From NCBI GenBank assembly GCA_026026165.1, contig JAPEUD010000059.1, forward strand, positions 1 to 64,000: a stretch of DNA of 64,000 bases. Reading direction: 5' to 3'. The stretch's first letter is position 1, and each line of letters begins with the position of its first letter. Source of the stretch: Sarea resinae (Eukaryota). Both the position numbers and the translations under genes were made by a program. The notes beneath the pieces are model-generated. The model was not told where the DNA came from. It saw only the letters and a list, made by a program, of their open reading frames with translations, and did not search any database. This document shows, piece by piece, positions 11,438 to 26,400 of the stretch.

Positions 11438-13362
11438 TCTCCGCGATGGGGGAGATGCGGAGAGGAACTTGCCGTTGTAGTTGATGAAGAACGAAACCTC
11501 AGCGTGATTCTTCCACTTTACCCCTGGCGATCTGTCAGAAAGTCTGAGAATCAGTTGTGATAAAAACCAAGAGTCATCGACGGTGATGAGGTCGCGGTGA
11601 TGATGCTCGACGGTCAATCAATCGACAAGATCAAGGAGCTCGATTAGTCTTTTGGCCCAAGAAGGCAAGTGAGACTCGGAGACTTCATAGTTCCACCAAC
11701 TCAGCAGCGCGATGACTAAGCGAATGGCAAGAGTAGAATGCTCAGTCACCTCCAGCGTTACATCTTCGTCAAACGTTGAAACACTGAATTGAATATCAAT
11801 TTCAAAGCGATCATGAAAACAAATATTGTGAAAATCGGCCAGTCAGGTGGGATGAGTTGACCAAATTCCTGATCCGGAGCATCTCGTCGAGACGGCGTCT
11901 CTTGCTTACTTTGCATGATCTCGTGCACCTTATCTCCATAATTCTCTCTGTTCTGTCTGCTTCCATTCCTGTGCCACTAGAATTCCCATTGCGACTGAGA
12001 TCTCGAGCACGTGCCTATCTCTCGCCGCGGCTCGAGGCATCTGGCAATCTGTTTCGAGTCTGACAGCACGAACTATGGCTCTCAAACCACTTTTTCCGAG
12101 ACTTACGGCTATCAACCTTCCAAGATACCCTCCTCTTACGTCTACTTAGGGCTCTTCCATCATGTTTGCAAGTCGCAGTACAAATGTTCTTTCGTTAAGG
12201 TGTCTAGTAGATATGACCTCGTTCAGAGGCGCGTAGTAAGGACTGACATTGTGGAAACTTTGATTGTCAGAGCAAAGAGGCCTTGGTCTTTGAGGCCAAC
12301 CTAAGACCTACAGTACCGTTGACGAGACACGATCTCAGAGCTCTGATCGGAACAGTAGTAGGACACATTTCTGAGAACATGTCTGCAAATGGAACCTCTT
12401 GGCAACCGGCTCCTCGCAACCTTTCAGGTTATATGCTGTCGACATTGGAAAAACAACGTTTGAAAGGAAGATCGACAAGTGTACGACAATGGACCTTGAC
12501 ACGAGATCAAATGATCTTGTGGCATGCCAAATTAATGAGGATATGTAGCTGCAGTTGTGAGCATAACAGCCTGTCAGAACTACCCGAACGGTCGTTGAAT
12601 GCGAGTCTGCAGCAGCTACCTATTCGTAGTATTCACTGATCCATTACAGCGTAGATCTGATATTCAATGTGCAAGTGCTGGTGCTGGTGCTGGTGCTGGA
12701 GTAAAAGAGCTAAGGTAAGGAAGGTATACTCTAGTACTAGGTCAAAAGTCTTCACGATTTAGCGATTCTCCCCCTAAAGTTGTCACTTTTAAATGCTTCT
12801 GATTATTTAATAGCATATTGTAATTAGATAAAAACTAGATCAATTAGAAGAACTTCTCCGAATCTACTCTTGTTAGATACAAAGTTTTTTCTTTACAGTT
12901 GTTGTTAGAGTAAGGTAATGCTTTTAACTTGGACAGATTAAAAACATGAGGTACATAATTACAGTCCCTTGCCACAAGTTTGAATACACTTACCTACATA
13001 GTAAGCCTAGGGGCGTAGAGGTGTATTCAAACTTCTGGCCACCCACTATAGTACTAAGAGTACCTAAGTAATAGAGATCAATAAGACAGCGTCCGGGTCC
13101 CAAGTCATCGGCCGGATTTACCTGGGGTACTTCTACTTTGTAGATAATCTTGAGGTCGCCATCTCAACTGTACGCGGGCAGTTACCTACCTAGACTGGAG
13201 GTAGAACATTATAACACGATTCTGTACTCAAGGTCAATCTGAATATTGTGTTTTGCCCGTCTTATCAAGTCTACACCACGTCGATAGCAAATCGCTTTAT
13301 TCTTCACGGTGCAGGCCCTTCTCATCCTCGCTCGCAGATGCGGGAAGCATTGGTCCACCCAT

Positions 13363-15877
13363 ATGGCGACTACGATTGTCCTTTCGCCCCCACTGATACC
13401 AACAGTTAACACCACGTTGGAATATACTATGATCAACTCATCGTCACCAGGACTGCCATCTCCGTCATCGCTCATCAGTCGGGATATTAGTTTATATGCA
13501 GGAGCGAGAGATGATATTGGGTTGCCGAGGATACTAGGCGCGGACGGACGCTCTACGACCTGCTTGATTCCAGACCAAAGTAAACGGCCTGACCATCGTT
13601 CAAAAGCTAAAGTCACCAGGCGTACTGTCCTAACGCCCATTAAGAATGATAAGTCTCGTGCGAATGGAAAGGCATTGCAACATTCGGGGTCAACAGAAGG
13701 ATCTAAACGGACATCGGCGCTTGTGAAGAAGCCAAGCGTCACGAAGAGTAGAACGAGTAATGCTGTCGCCGGAGGAGAGACCGAGGCATCATTGGAAGCT
13801 AGCATCGGGGAGAAGCAGAGAGCACCAAGCAAATCTAGAAAGGGGAGAATTGAGGCAGGGAAATTGAAGACTCAAAAAAGTCTCGAGAAGGGCAAAATAA
13901 CAAAACCTGGCGCCACGCGTCGTGCGAAGAAGGAATCCCTGCCAGATAAGGTCGCTGTTCCAGGGAAGGTAACTGGCAAGGTTTCGGAGTTCTTTGGTTG
14001 TTCGAATACGAGTAAAGAGTCAAATACTGAGCGAACAAAGCCAGTAGAAACAGGAGAGGACTTTCCGCCCAACGGAGTTATCAGACGAAGAAGGAGCTGG
14101 ACGCCGCCTAAGGATACTTTCAGCGGAGCCAGTTCTACATCTGTCGCCGCAGACAACACTTGGCTCTCGCTCGGCGACCCTCAGCTGTCGCCCGAAACTC
14201 ACGGATTTGGGGACCTCCTTAGTAATTTTGGCTCCAGGAGGAGTGTGGAGACCGCAAAGATGGATCATAGCGATCGGACTAGTGGCGCGCATATGTCTAC
14301 GAAAAGGAGAAGAATCGAGGTTAGTAGTCAGCTTGGTTCTACTATATATTCTAAGCGCTGATCATAATATACAGCTTGTTCAATCAACTGCTGCTTTCTC
14401 AAAACTCGAAGAGTCGGCACCGAATACAAGGAAGAAAGGCACAATGGGACGAAAAAAGGCACAGACAATCACGAAGAAAGCCACCGCACAGTATACTGTT
14501 CAGGGCAGTCCTACCTTTGTTACTCCTCCATCCCTGTTGCAGTATTTCGGGGACCAGGATAAGATTCCTCAATCTCAGCTGAAAATCCAAAACGTCGACA
14601 ATGTTGGCAGGGCACGAAAGACCAAGAACGCTTCTCACCAGACTACATCAAATCTTCTTACCCCGGAGTCTGCATTGAAGGTGTTTGACGGACAAGATCT
14701 CCTCTTCGGAACCTCTAGTCAGCTTGCTACCGAAGAGTCACCCGCATTCATAAGGGATCTTCAACAAGCGATGAATGCATCCGAGGCAATGCTCGTTCAT
14801 GAAAGTGGACCATCACTTAGCGCTGAGTCAAATTCAACAGGAACTTCCGGCGTATCATCTTTTATAGGCAATCGAAGCCTATGGTCCGCGGCTTCCAGAG
14901 ATCCAACTGGCTGTTTGCATGGTGTGGAAGTCATAGATCTGGCAGATTCTCCAGTAGCTCGGCAATCTCAGGATCCACATCCTGAGAAGACCGAAGAGCA
15001 TGAAAACATTCGCGAAAAGGGTCAGAATTTGGTCTTTCTTGACCGTGAACTACAGGAAATTAAAGATGATCGGAAGATCAATGCGCGAGCCCCAATTGTC
15101 AAAAGCACTGCAAATACGACCGACATCAACGGAAGCTCAAACTCAAGGTCGGTACCGCCGGTCGTATCAGCACCTTCGAAGTCCAAAGCCAACAAGCTTG
15201 AGTCGAGTATTAGCTCCGATGATTCTGCTGTCCGAAAGGATCGTGCACTGGAAATTGACAGCAATCCAGAGAAGCCAAATTACGCGGGGTTCACGGCCGC
15301 ACAGCTTTCCCGCGAGCTAGCTTCCTATGGGTTTAAACCTGTGAAGAATAGAGAACGCATGATACAGCTCCTCGGCCAATGCTGGGAGGGCAAACAAAGG
15401 GCTGCTCTACAAGCTTTGCGCCAAAGTCAACAGGAACCAGAACATCCGATAGAGTGCTCAACGTCGGTCCAAGAGGCAATTGAGGATTCAGAATCCGAAA
15501 GGACGCCATCTCCTCCGCGATATCGCTCGGCACCTGCCCGGACTGAGCCTCTTCCGCTCTGTTCTCTCGCTGATGACGAGGTACAAGACCAGACTCGTTT
15601 CGAAGCAGAATCTTATCTCATTCATCAGATCACGAGAGCAATCACTACTGAATCTCCCACTCATCACAGCGACAGGCCTAGTTGGCATGAAAAGATCCTC
15701 CTGTATGACCCCATTGTGTTGGAAGACCTTGCGGCGTGGCTGAATACAGAAGGGCTCACCAGGGTAGGTGTGGATCAGGAGGTGGGTCCAGCTGTAGTAA
15801 GGAAATGGTGCGAGGAACGCGGAGTTTGTTGTCTGTGGAAGGCAAATCTCAAGGGGGCCGCAAGGGCTAGGTATTGA
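13363..15877 (+). CDS. SLX4: Structure-specific endonuclease subunit SLX4; intron 14320-14374
   Basis: C-terminal WHEKILLYDPIVLEDLAAWLN...VRKWCEERGVCCLWK, SAP-like QLSRELASYGFKPVK, and the conserved LLFGTSSQL segment. Confidence 0.92.
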
Positions 15878-16473
15878 AGTTCGATCGATTGGAATTAGAG
15901 AGATTCAGGCGTCTACAAACAGTCTAGAAATATTTGGGTCATTGATTGGGTTGTTGATTGGGTATAAAACAGCCATTGATGCATGTCCTATGCTGCGTGA
16001 CAGACAGAAGCTTAGCGGATCGCAAGTAGAATGAATTTTAATTTTAAGGGTCTTCACTTCGCTGAGAACCACTGACAATTCGTATATTCAGGTCCGCTAT
16101 TTCATTACATGACATATCTTGACTTCGTAGAGATACTGAACTATGGTTGAACGACTAAAAGCTGGATCGATCACTAATGTCTCCTTCTTGGGTTGCTTCC
16201 CCGCATGATCGTTAATCTTACCTAATGGCAGATTCGCAATATGATAAGGCCTATCATGCCATCCATAGCTTTGGATCATCGCTCACCAGCCTTACATTTC
16301 ACTCACCAGAAGCACTTCTCTATATATCATTTTATATCAATTCCTACTTGATCTTCTTGCCAGAGCGGCTGATGGCTAAATGATTGACGCCTCCTCCATT
16401 GGACCATAGGATTGTGCAGCGTTATATCCAAAGACCGTACGGGATGTACCGAAAGCCGACCTCTCAGTCTGAA

Positions 16474-19005
16474 ATGACCGAGAAGGCCACGATGGCCGGC
16501 AATACTGAACGAACGCCTTTACTAGAAAATGTTGCCATAGCTCCACGGCATCACCGATATCCACATAGCAGCATTCGTCGCTTCTGTACAGCTCTACTTG
16601 CCACAAGCTTATTCGTTGTCATTGTTCTGTTTCTTGTGCCGTTCGCGCTGGACGCCCGGCCTCATTGGCCGCAGGGATATCCCCATGCTTCCTGGCCTCA
16701 GAGTGAGGGCTTGAGCTTCAGCGATCTCGAGGAAACTCTTCTGGCTACACCCGAAGAATCAAAAGCTCGAGAGTGGAGCCAATATTACACAGCTGGCCCG
16801 CATTTGGCAGGGAAGAATCTCAGCCAGGCGATCTGGACGAAGGACAGGTGGCAAGAATTCGGCATATCGCAAACGGAGATAATAGCTTATGATGTTTACA
16901 TTAACTATCCCGCTGGCCACCGATTAGCATTACTTGAAAAAGCAGGCTCAAGCCAGGGCGAGACAGCTGAGGGAACAGAAGCTCAATGGAAGGTCAAGTT
17001 TGAAGCAAGCCTGGAAGAGGATGTGCTTGAAGAGGACAGCACGAGTGGCTTGAACGATAGAATACCGACCTTTCATGGATACTCAGCAAGTGGAAACGTC
17101 ACCGCACCGTACGTTTACGTCAACTATGGTACTTATCAGGATTTCGAAGATCTTCTCAAGGCGAACGTGAGCTTGAGCGGGAAGATCGCCCTGATCAAGT
17201 ACGGTGGAATATTTAGGGGTTTGAAGGTGAAACGTGCCCAGGAACTTGGTATGGTGGGAGCTATCATCTACAGTGACCCTGGCGACGACGGAGAAACTAC
17301 AGAACTGAATGGTAACGAGACTTACCCCAAGGGTCCGGCCAGAGAGCCGAGTAGTGTCCAGAGGGGTAGTACCCAATTCCTAAGTATGCCCTGACCTTTG
17401 TACCATTGTAAGATTCGAAGACTAATAAACCACCACTAGGTGTAGCACCGGGAGACCCTACCACGCCAGGGTATCCATCGAAGCCCGGCGTTCCTCGACA
17501 AGATACCAAGGGCGCGATTCCGTCGATCCCTTCTATTCCAATATCGTATCTCGACGCTCTTCCATTACTGAAGGCGTTGAATGGTCATGGCCCTAAAGCG
17601 TCCTCTATAAACAAGTGGTGGAAAGGCGGAGGATTGAGGTACAAGGGTGTTGAGTACAACATTGGCCCTTCGCCAGAAGGATTTGCAGTCAACCTGGTGA
17701 ACGAACAAGAATATGTAACGACCCCTCTGTGGAATGTCATCGGAATCATCAATGGGACCATTCCTGACGAGGTCGTAATCCTTGGCAATCATCGCGATGC
17801 CTGGATTGCTGGTGGAGCTGGTGACCCCAACAGTGGCTCCGCCGCATTGAATGAGGTTGTAAGAAGCTTTGGGAAAGCACTTTCCAAGGGGTGGAGGCCT
17901 TTGAGGACAATCGTATTTGCAAGCTGGGATGGCGAAGAATATGGTCTCATCGGATCTACCGAATGGGTCGAAGAATACTTGCCATGGCTTTCTGAGAGCG
18001 CCGTGGCGTATTTGAATGTCGATGTCGGAGCAAGAGGTACCGACTTTGGATCTTCGGCCAGCCCACTGCTGAACAAGGCTCTCTACAAGGCGACTTCCTC
18101 AGTTCGGTCGCCGAACCAGACGATCAATGGTCAGACTGTTCGAGACACCTGGAATGGACATATCAAAACCATGGGCAGCGGAAGTGATTTCACTGCTTTC
18201 CAAGATTTTGCAGGAATCCCATCCGTCGATATGGGCTTCTCGGCTGGGCCCAAAGATGCTATTTATCATTATCACTCGAATTATGACAGCTTTTCCTGGA
18301 TGGACAGGTTCGGAGATCCAGGGTTTCATTATCATGTTGCCATAACCAAAGTCTGGTCCTTATTTGCTGCGCGCTTATCCGAGACACCTGTTCTCCGACT
18401 CAATGCTACTGATTATGCAGATGGCTTGAAAGGCTACCTTCAACGGGCTGAAACGAAGAAGGACGAGAAAAGCTCCTTACAATTTAAGGATCACGCCTCA
18501 TCTACGGATGTCTCCTTCGAGCCTCTTGAGCATGCTATAAAGCGTCTCCACAGCGTGTCTGCGCAGTTTGATTCATATGCCACGTCACTAGAACGCAGCC
18601 TGAAAGAAGGAATTCCATGGTGGAAGTGGTGGCAGAAGGCAAAGATCTTCTACGAAGTGAGGAAAGTCAACAAAAAGTACAAGCTTTTTGAGAGACAATT
18701 TCTCTATCAAACAGGCTTGGATGGAAGGCCGTGGTTCAAACATGTCGTGTTCGCTCCTGGACTCTGGACTGGCTATTGTTAGTCTGATTTGTTTCGTTCT
18801 ATTTTCACCGAAATATGCTGACCTTGGTGACAAAGCGGGCGCTACCTTTCCTGGTCTGGTTGAAAGTATCGATAGTGGAAACTGGACGAACGCTGTGGTA
18901 AGATGCTCAAACGACTCCATAAAGTGGCGGCCGCTGACAGGAGAACAGAAATGGGTTCAGATTATTGAAAAGCAAGTCGATCAGGCAACAGACCTCTTGA
19001 AGTGA
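16474..19005 (+). CDS. Glutamate carboxypeptidase II-like M28 peptidase (PA and TfR-dimer domains; Vps70/Tre-like), type II membrane protein; 4 exons
   Basis: N-terminal TM segment, GPHLAG, YVNYG, IIYSDP, GNHRDAW, DPNSGSA, SWDGEEYGLIGSTEW, YHYHSNYDS and WFKHVVFAPGLWTGY. The start could instead be 16492. Confidence 0.92.
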
Positions 19006-19983
19006 CCCACTGCTACATCGAGATAAGCCTCTGAAAAAGTCGTGCAAGACAGATATCTCCCAAGCATCGAAAGCGGTTGTTTTCACCTTCATCCATTACC
19101 TTCATGGGAGTTTACACTCCGTGGAGCGCAGCGCCTGTGATATAACTTTAGGTCAAATTTCAAAATTGGTATACCTGTGTCCTGAAATCATGGACATGAC
19201 CACGATTCAGAGACTTTCTCTTTTGTAGAGCCATGAGAGCGGCCATGATGAATAAATTGAGTCTTCAAGGTCCATCGACGAAGAGACAACTTGGACTATG
19301 GATCCCCTTGACTCGAAAGTAACGAAAATCAAAGACCGTCTGCAGTCAAATAATATGAAAGTAATTGTGCAAGTGTGATTGTGGAGTAGGAGAATTCCGA
19401 GCAGGCCTGAATGGTGGACTCGGCGCTCGCGTGTCGTGAAGGTGGTGGACCCTGACCTAGCCCCAACGAGGTAACTTCGAGTCTTCTTCTCCACTAATTA
19501 TCGTACCCATGCATGACTGCAACAACTGCATTGACTGCGGGGTTCAAGAGCGAATTGATAAGCCATGAAAGGTCTTCCATACATGCCATCTTTCGCGGCG
19601 GGGGCTACTGAGTGGTACTTTCTATCCCAATGGTTCCTACTGTCATTACTCTTAGATCGTCGCTCATTCGACTGTGCACCAATTGCGAGAAAAGGCAGTG
19701 AGTAATCGGCTCGACCGTCAGTGTTGGCCTTAGACCTGAACTAACGCGGGAAGATCTTTTAGTAGCAATTCGGGTAAGATGCATAATGATTAGCCAATGT
19801 GATTGATGACTCTCATTGAAATCTGTAAGCCCGACTTCCTCTTCCTCAACCTCAGCCTCAAACAAGAAGAACGAAGCCTAAAGATGATTGACATACCAAG
19901 GGTTGTTGATCTTGAGCTTCTGCGCGGTAATAAGATCTGAACTCTCATGCGCTTGAAGCTGTCAAACATATTCATTCGACGCT

Positions 19984-22129
19984 ATGGCTCGAAAAACTCG
20001 AGGCTCTCCAGCACTTCCAGTGCAGCAATTAACTATCTTGGGTGAGCGCACTTTCCTAGTTCCTTTGTGCCAACACGAATACTGACAAGTTTGTTGCCAG
20101 CCATATGTAGATTCGCTGAACCACGTAAGCCTACGTTCCTTTCTGGTAGTGCATGATTGCGACTAACATTGAAGCTGTAGTGTCATTGACGTCTGTCTTC
20201 CCATACCTGGTAAGCTACTGAGTCTTATCGGACTAGGGAGGAGCCATTGATACTCACGCCTCTGGCAGCCGGAAATGATAGAGAGCTTTAATGTCCCACA
20301 GAACGAGGTCGCCAAGTGGGCTGGAACTACGTCCGCCGTCTTTTCGCTATCCCAATGCCTGACTGCTGTCATCTGGGGTCGTGCCTCGGATCGCTTTGGC
20401 AGAAAGCCTGTCCTCCTCATCGGTTTGATGTGTACTATGATAAACAGTTTACTCTTCGGTTTCTCGCGATCCTTGACCTGGGCTATCGTTGCAAGGGGCC
20501 TGCAAGGTCTAGGAAGCGGCAATGTGGGCATCATGCGCACATCCGTGGCGGAGATGGTGCCACAGAAAGAATTGCAGCCAAGGGCTTTCAGTATATTGCC
20601 GCTGGTCTGGACCATCGGCAGCATTTTTGGTCCTGCTGTCGGTGGAGCCTTGGCGGACCCTGTGCGAAGGCATCCCGGCCAATTCGCGAACAGCAAATTC
20701 TTCAAGGAGTTCCCATATATCCTTCCAAATATGGTGAACGCCGTCTTCTTTCTCGTTGGTATAACTTTTGGGCTTCTATTCTTGAAAGTGAGTTTTTCCT
20801 AGCATCTCCCCCGCCTACGATGGAATAAACCTCTGAATATTCTTAGGAAACACTCCAAACGAAAAGGCGCAGGCGTGACTATGGATTGGACCTCGGGAGG
20901 GCGCTGATCGGCTTGTTCAGGCTACCAAAAAAGAAGCGACAAGTAAGCTTTGACGGTGAAGACTCTCCTCTTCTGGCCCATGAACAGAATCATCCAAACC
21001 TCACTAAAACTCGGAAAGCCGATTCTCCTTCTGGATACATGGAGGTGTTTTCGCGCCAATCCAACATTAATTTAGCCGCATACTCCTTTCTTGCTCTTCA
21101 CGCTGTAGCTTTTGATCAGTTACTTCCGATTTTCATGCATCATCCTTTTCAGGACCACAGCGAGAGGAATGGCTCTTTTCTTAAATTCACTGGAGGTTTC
21201 GGAATAAGTACGCGTTTTCCTGTCGACTGTCCTTCCAAATAGAAGTCGCTGACTCTGACTCCTATGAATTAGACTCTGAAAGGATTGGGCTTCTCTTTAC
21301 AATCTACGGCGTATTCGGAATGTTCATTCAATTCTTCATCTTCCCATATGCAGCACGCCGCTTCGGAGTACTCAATTGCTTCAAAGCCGTTGCCCTCACC
21401 TTTCCCATAGTCTACTTTCTCACGCCCTTCACCGCCCTTTTTCCAACCCAGACCTCGCAGCAGGTAGCGATGATGTGCCTCATGCTAGTGAAATGCGTCT
21501 GTGGCATTTTCGGATTCCCTTGCTCCACTATCCTCCTCACCAACTCCGCAGTCAGCCTGCGCATCCTGGGTACCCTCAACGGCGTGGCCACTAGCTTCTC
21601 AGCTGTTGGTAGAGCAGCCGGCCCAGCAATCGGAGGTACCACTTTCAGCTTTGGCGTTGATCACGGCTATGTCATCTTACCTTGGTGGACGTTGGGCGTA
21701 TTGGCGGCGTTAGGTGCCATTCCCATATGGTTTCTGGTCGAGATGCCTGGCTTTGGTCCCGAAGAGAAGCCAAGCGATGACTGCGACGAGGGCAATGACG
21801 AAGAACAGGAAGAGGAAGAGGAAGAGGAAGAAGAAGAAGAAGAAGAAGAAGAAGAAGAAGAAGAGGGGGAGACCGAGACTGTGGGATACCTTTCACCGAA
21901 CGATAATGAAGGCGCCTCAAGCGCCATATTAATAGGCGATGAAGCCTTCGAAGACTCGGACGATTTCCCCCCAGCTCAAGAGCATCCATCACTCTCATCT
22001 AAAACACCAGCAGTCTCCAGCCCCTTGGGCTTCTCGGGCGGCGTAGGACGACTGGGTTCAAGGCGGCTCAGTAGCAATCTTGGCGCTACGAACAATGGAC
22101 TCGGGTCCGGAGCCGGGAGTCCTTTTTGA
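19984..22129 (+). CDS. MFS transporter (ZIFL/DHA1-like) with poly-Glu C-terminal tail; about 6 exons including small 5' exons
   Basis: Spliced LPVQQLTILAICRFAEPLSLTSVFPYLPEMI, MFS motif A (WGRASDRFGRKPV), and multiple TM segments. Confidence 0.9.
21801..21866 (+). repeat. Coding (GAA/GAG)n microsatellite giving a poly-Glu tract
   Basis: Read directly. Confidence 0.95.
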
Positions 22130-23417
22130 AATAGACAAACGCACCCCCAGAATTATTTCCGCATATATATAGTGTTATATCCGCTGTTTATAGAGGTCTC
22201 TAATCTTTTCCCCGAGCCCTGATATTCCTCATTTTCCTCCACCTATCTGTCAAATTGCATTTTTTTTATTCCCCGTTGGGCTTTATGACATCACCAGGCG
22301 TGGTGGGGAAGGCAAGGCGCTTCCCATAATTCACAATACCTATATCATTTTGAAGTCTCGAGAAAGGAGCGAAGAGACTTACGTCAAAAGGCTAGACCTA
22401 TCTCCCTCGACCAGTTGTGGACTCGGAGCTTCTGCAGTAAGGTCAAGCTTAGGGCAGTGAGGTGAACCTATTTACCACCCCACTCCCACCCCTTCCCTGC
22501 CTCTTAGCCTAAAGACGCTCTCTTACCCGCCCCAATCAGAGCGCCACCACATCCCATCGTATCCCATCATATCCAGCCCGGCCACGACCACTGCATTTCA
22601 TTCAAGCCCAAACGATGCAGTATCGAGCTGACATCATAAGCTACACGAACCTACATTTACACTTCAGGGGCAAGCATCGGGATACTGCTCTCAACAAGAA
22701 CGACGAGGGCCACTGAATCAGGGAGTGTCAATTGAGGGCATCCGTGTTATCTTGAATTCGTGCTTCCCACTCTGCTATCTGTTCCCAGAGAGAGAGTGGA
22801 AAAAGAGAAGAAGAAACGAGCCAAGAGAACCAAAGAATATACAATGAAACCATAGAAAGAAGAAGCTTCGACCCAGCTGGGCACCTTCCAGATTCTTCCC
22901 TCCTTCCTTTCGTTTTTCCTTCGGCATATCGCTTCAAGCTGAAAGGACCCATCCCTCCCTCAAAAGTCGGGACTCAGGATCCAGGGCACTCCCAACATAC
23001 GTGCCGACAAGTGCAGAAGAGGGGCAAACACAAGAATAAGAATGCTATGTACAATCACCTTCTTTACTTGATGCATCACCTCCACGTTCTCTTCAGAGTT
23101 TGTGTCCCCTCTTCTTCCCCTTCCGAATCTATCTTGCCCGCCGAAGAGACTCCCGTGCGAAGAGAAACCCACGGACCTGTATTCCGCCTCCATCCATGAC
23201 ACCTAGACCGTGGCCAGCCTGCTCAAGCCCTGCCTAAATTCAACGGAAAAAAACAATCCGCGCCAATTCCCCGCCATGCTATTGATGCTGACATAAGAGA
23301 AAACACAAGGGTAGAAAACTCGCCGATAGACCAAGGTGTGACGAATAATGGTAAAACGAAAGAAAGACGAACAAATGGCACAAAAGGTTCCACCAAACAC
23401 ATCTCTCGCCCACCCAC

Positions 23418-26400
23418 TCACTCATCTCGGTAGAACTTCTTGAACACCAAATGTAAAAATAAATTCACATTCAGCCTCAACGTGCCCTCGAACATGTTCA
23501 TAAATTGATGATTGTTGAATTGCGCCTGAAGCAGATCCTCGAGCGGGACTTGCGCGCTCGCGCCAGGGATCTGGATACTCCCCATTGAACCCTCGATGAA
23601 GAAGATGCCAACCTCGTCGCTGGAAATGGTGAGATTGATCTTGTCCCATTGGCGCTCCGTGTAGCCTTTCCAGCTGACGAGGACGCCCTTGTCGGCGAGA
23701 GTCCTGGCCGAGTATTTGAAGGAGCCGAATTTCGGCACGCGGCCTGATCGCTGCAGCTCTCGCTCGTGGTTGTATTGCTTTGTGAAGGGGAGGAGGAATC
23801 GCTTTTTTCTGCAGGACAAAGGCGTGAGCTTCAAGAGATGTCCAATGCAAGGATTGTGTAGACTTACCCTTTCTTGTTCTGCAGTGTCATCATTGCCTGC
23901 TCGATGTAATTGTTATAGCTTTGGAGCTGTTGCTCGAGCCATGTCGCCTTTTCATTCAGGTGCCCCAAGGTCATTCGTACGCCTTCAAGCTCTCTTTGTC
24001 TCTGGACACGTCGTCGATGCTTAGTGCGGATATCGACAGCTATGGCATTCAACAAATCTTGGTACTGGTTCTTTCGTGAGATTCGGCCAAGTCTCTCTAA
24101 TGTTAGGAGATTTTCTAAGGCTATACGCTTGAGCTCAGAGTAAGCCATCGAATTTATATCGACGAGTGTGTTGGCTTCGGAATAAGCTCCACGCTTTTTG
24201 CTATTTTCGGAAAGTTCTTCTTGAAGGAGCTCCTGCCAGCGGGCCTCGTCGTCCATGGTAATCGGCTTGACCATGATCTCCATAAGATTCGAGCCGGACT
24301 GGATGCGAATGATATAGAGAACGCAGCGCTTGGTTTCCATGAAAAGAGACTTGATCTCAGCTTCCGAATCTTTGGACTTGGATTAGCCTTGTATGGAAAA
24401 ATATGGACGCTTCCGAATTTTAGCTTACCGTCCGCCTCGTGCAGTCTCGGAATCAAAGTCAGACTGATCTCCGTCGAAGCTACACCCATCAATTCACTTT
24501 CATTTGTTTTCACACTGCCGAGTTCTCGTATCAAGTCCCGCAGTATATCTTCCTGATTAGGACAGAGGTATTGGACTTCGTCGCTGATCAACCTGTGAAT
24601 AGAGAAGATGTCCGACATCTTGATGTAAAGTGTGGGCTTGTTTCGGGCATAGAGATCATTGAATTCATCAATGTCAAATTGCGCTTCGGCGTCACGGATA
24701 GCAATTACTAGAATGGACGCATCGTGAGTACAAAATGGAAGGTGGTAGTTTAGAGGTAATACTCACTGTGCTCGCATAGTTCCTGAAACCTCTCAATGGA
24801 GGCGCCAACGTAGCTATTCAATGGCTGCAAATAGACATTCTCCCCTCCAAACAGCTTTCCGGCGGCGATTTGACCGATGACTTTTGCTACTTCTCCAAGA
24901 TTTCTCCTGTGGATTGGGGTCAGTCCTCGATCAACGATACCCCAAGTCTCTGGTTGTACCAGAGCCGGTTGAAAATAGTTCTTCCATAGCCAATTACCAA
25001 CAATTTGTAAGAGTTGATGTTGATCCTCGTATGGAAAGTGTAAACATAGAACTTCGAAGGTTTGCTGAGCTATGAAGCGTATTCCATAAGGCATTTTATG
25101 AAGCAGGTCTTCTAGGGCGGCAAAAAACTGGTCGCAGATATCTCGGAGGTCCTGGAGGTGGTGGATGAAGGTCTCGCGAGTTTCGGGATCTCTGATTGCT
25201 TCTTCTCTCGGGATGTCTAGTGGGCGTAGGCTTCGTTGACCGGTGCGAAGCTCCTCATTATTGACAGCTGATCGGTAAATCTGCATTGGATCACTTTCGA
25301 GATCCAGTTCGGGATTTTCGATCAGGTTTTCCTTAATGAGAGGTCCAAGAATTTCTCGCATGTACTTTCGATCTCGGGCAGAGTGAACGTAGCTGTTGAG
25401 TATCTTACCCCAGAAGAAATTGCCTCGCAAATAATCTTGTAAGGTTGGACATCCTTCTACCTCTTCCTTGATGGACCTTCCTAGGAGCTTCAATAGGTAG
25501 TATTCCTCCCGTCTCTTCTGAGCATAACCAAACAAGCTCATCATTAGATTCTCGATTCGTTTGCATTCCTTTTCGGCGGTGCCTTGCTCCCTGACTTTCT
25601 TGAACAGCCTTGCGAGATATTGTGGCTGCGTTTGTAGAACGAAAAATAGTTGTTGGTAGTGTTCAAGCTTCCTTCGAGAATTTTTATTGAGAGCTTTCAA
25701 ATCAAAGGGGTCTTTCGAAGAGAACTCAGTATTCGTGAGCAGACTGCCAATATGGCCACCGAAGTGTCTTTGATGCTTGACAACTTCATCCAGAGTGATC
25801 TTGTTCTTAACGAGAAGAGCAATTTTGATGTCGAGCTGGTCGATATACTGCTCAGCCGTCTCATTCTGGCGTACATGCTGTACTACTGTTTTCCTCAGTC
25901 GTTCGAATTCTATTCTCCAATCAGCGATCGAAACTGAGCCATGACAAGCACATCTTACCAATTTCTTCGTCAAAATCGAAGTCACTATCGTTCAATAGAT
26001 GCACAAATCCTTTGATAGTTCCGACAGGCGGATTTTTGCCGCTGGTCAGGCTTTTGTACGCTTCACCCTGTTGCCTCCCTCGAATGAAGCTCTGGATTTT
26101 GACAACCTTCTCCATATTCTCTTTAAAGAATTGCTTCTTCTCGACAAAACGTCCTCTGACTAGTTTGCCTCGAGCAACAGTTTGCAGTTCGATGATACAT
26201 GGCTCCTCGTCTTCGAGTTGCGATAACAGATTGCCAACTTTGTCGCGCACTAACATGGCCCTGGCGAGGCCCTGAAGCTCAATAATTTCCGGTTCGTGGG
26301 ACTCAAGGTTGTAGCGGAGGTCGTTGAAGTTTCGTCGAGATAAGGTGCCCCTTCCTAACGCTTGGAGTAAAGTGATCATTTCTACCTGGGCTTGGAGTGC

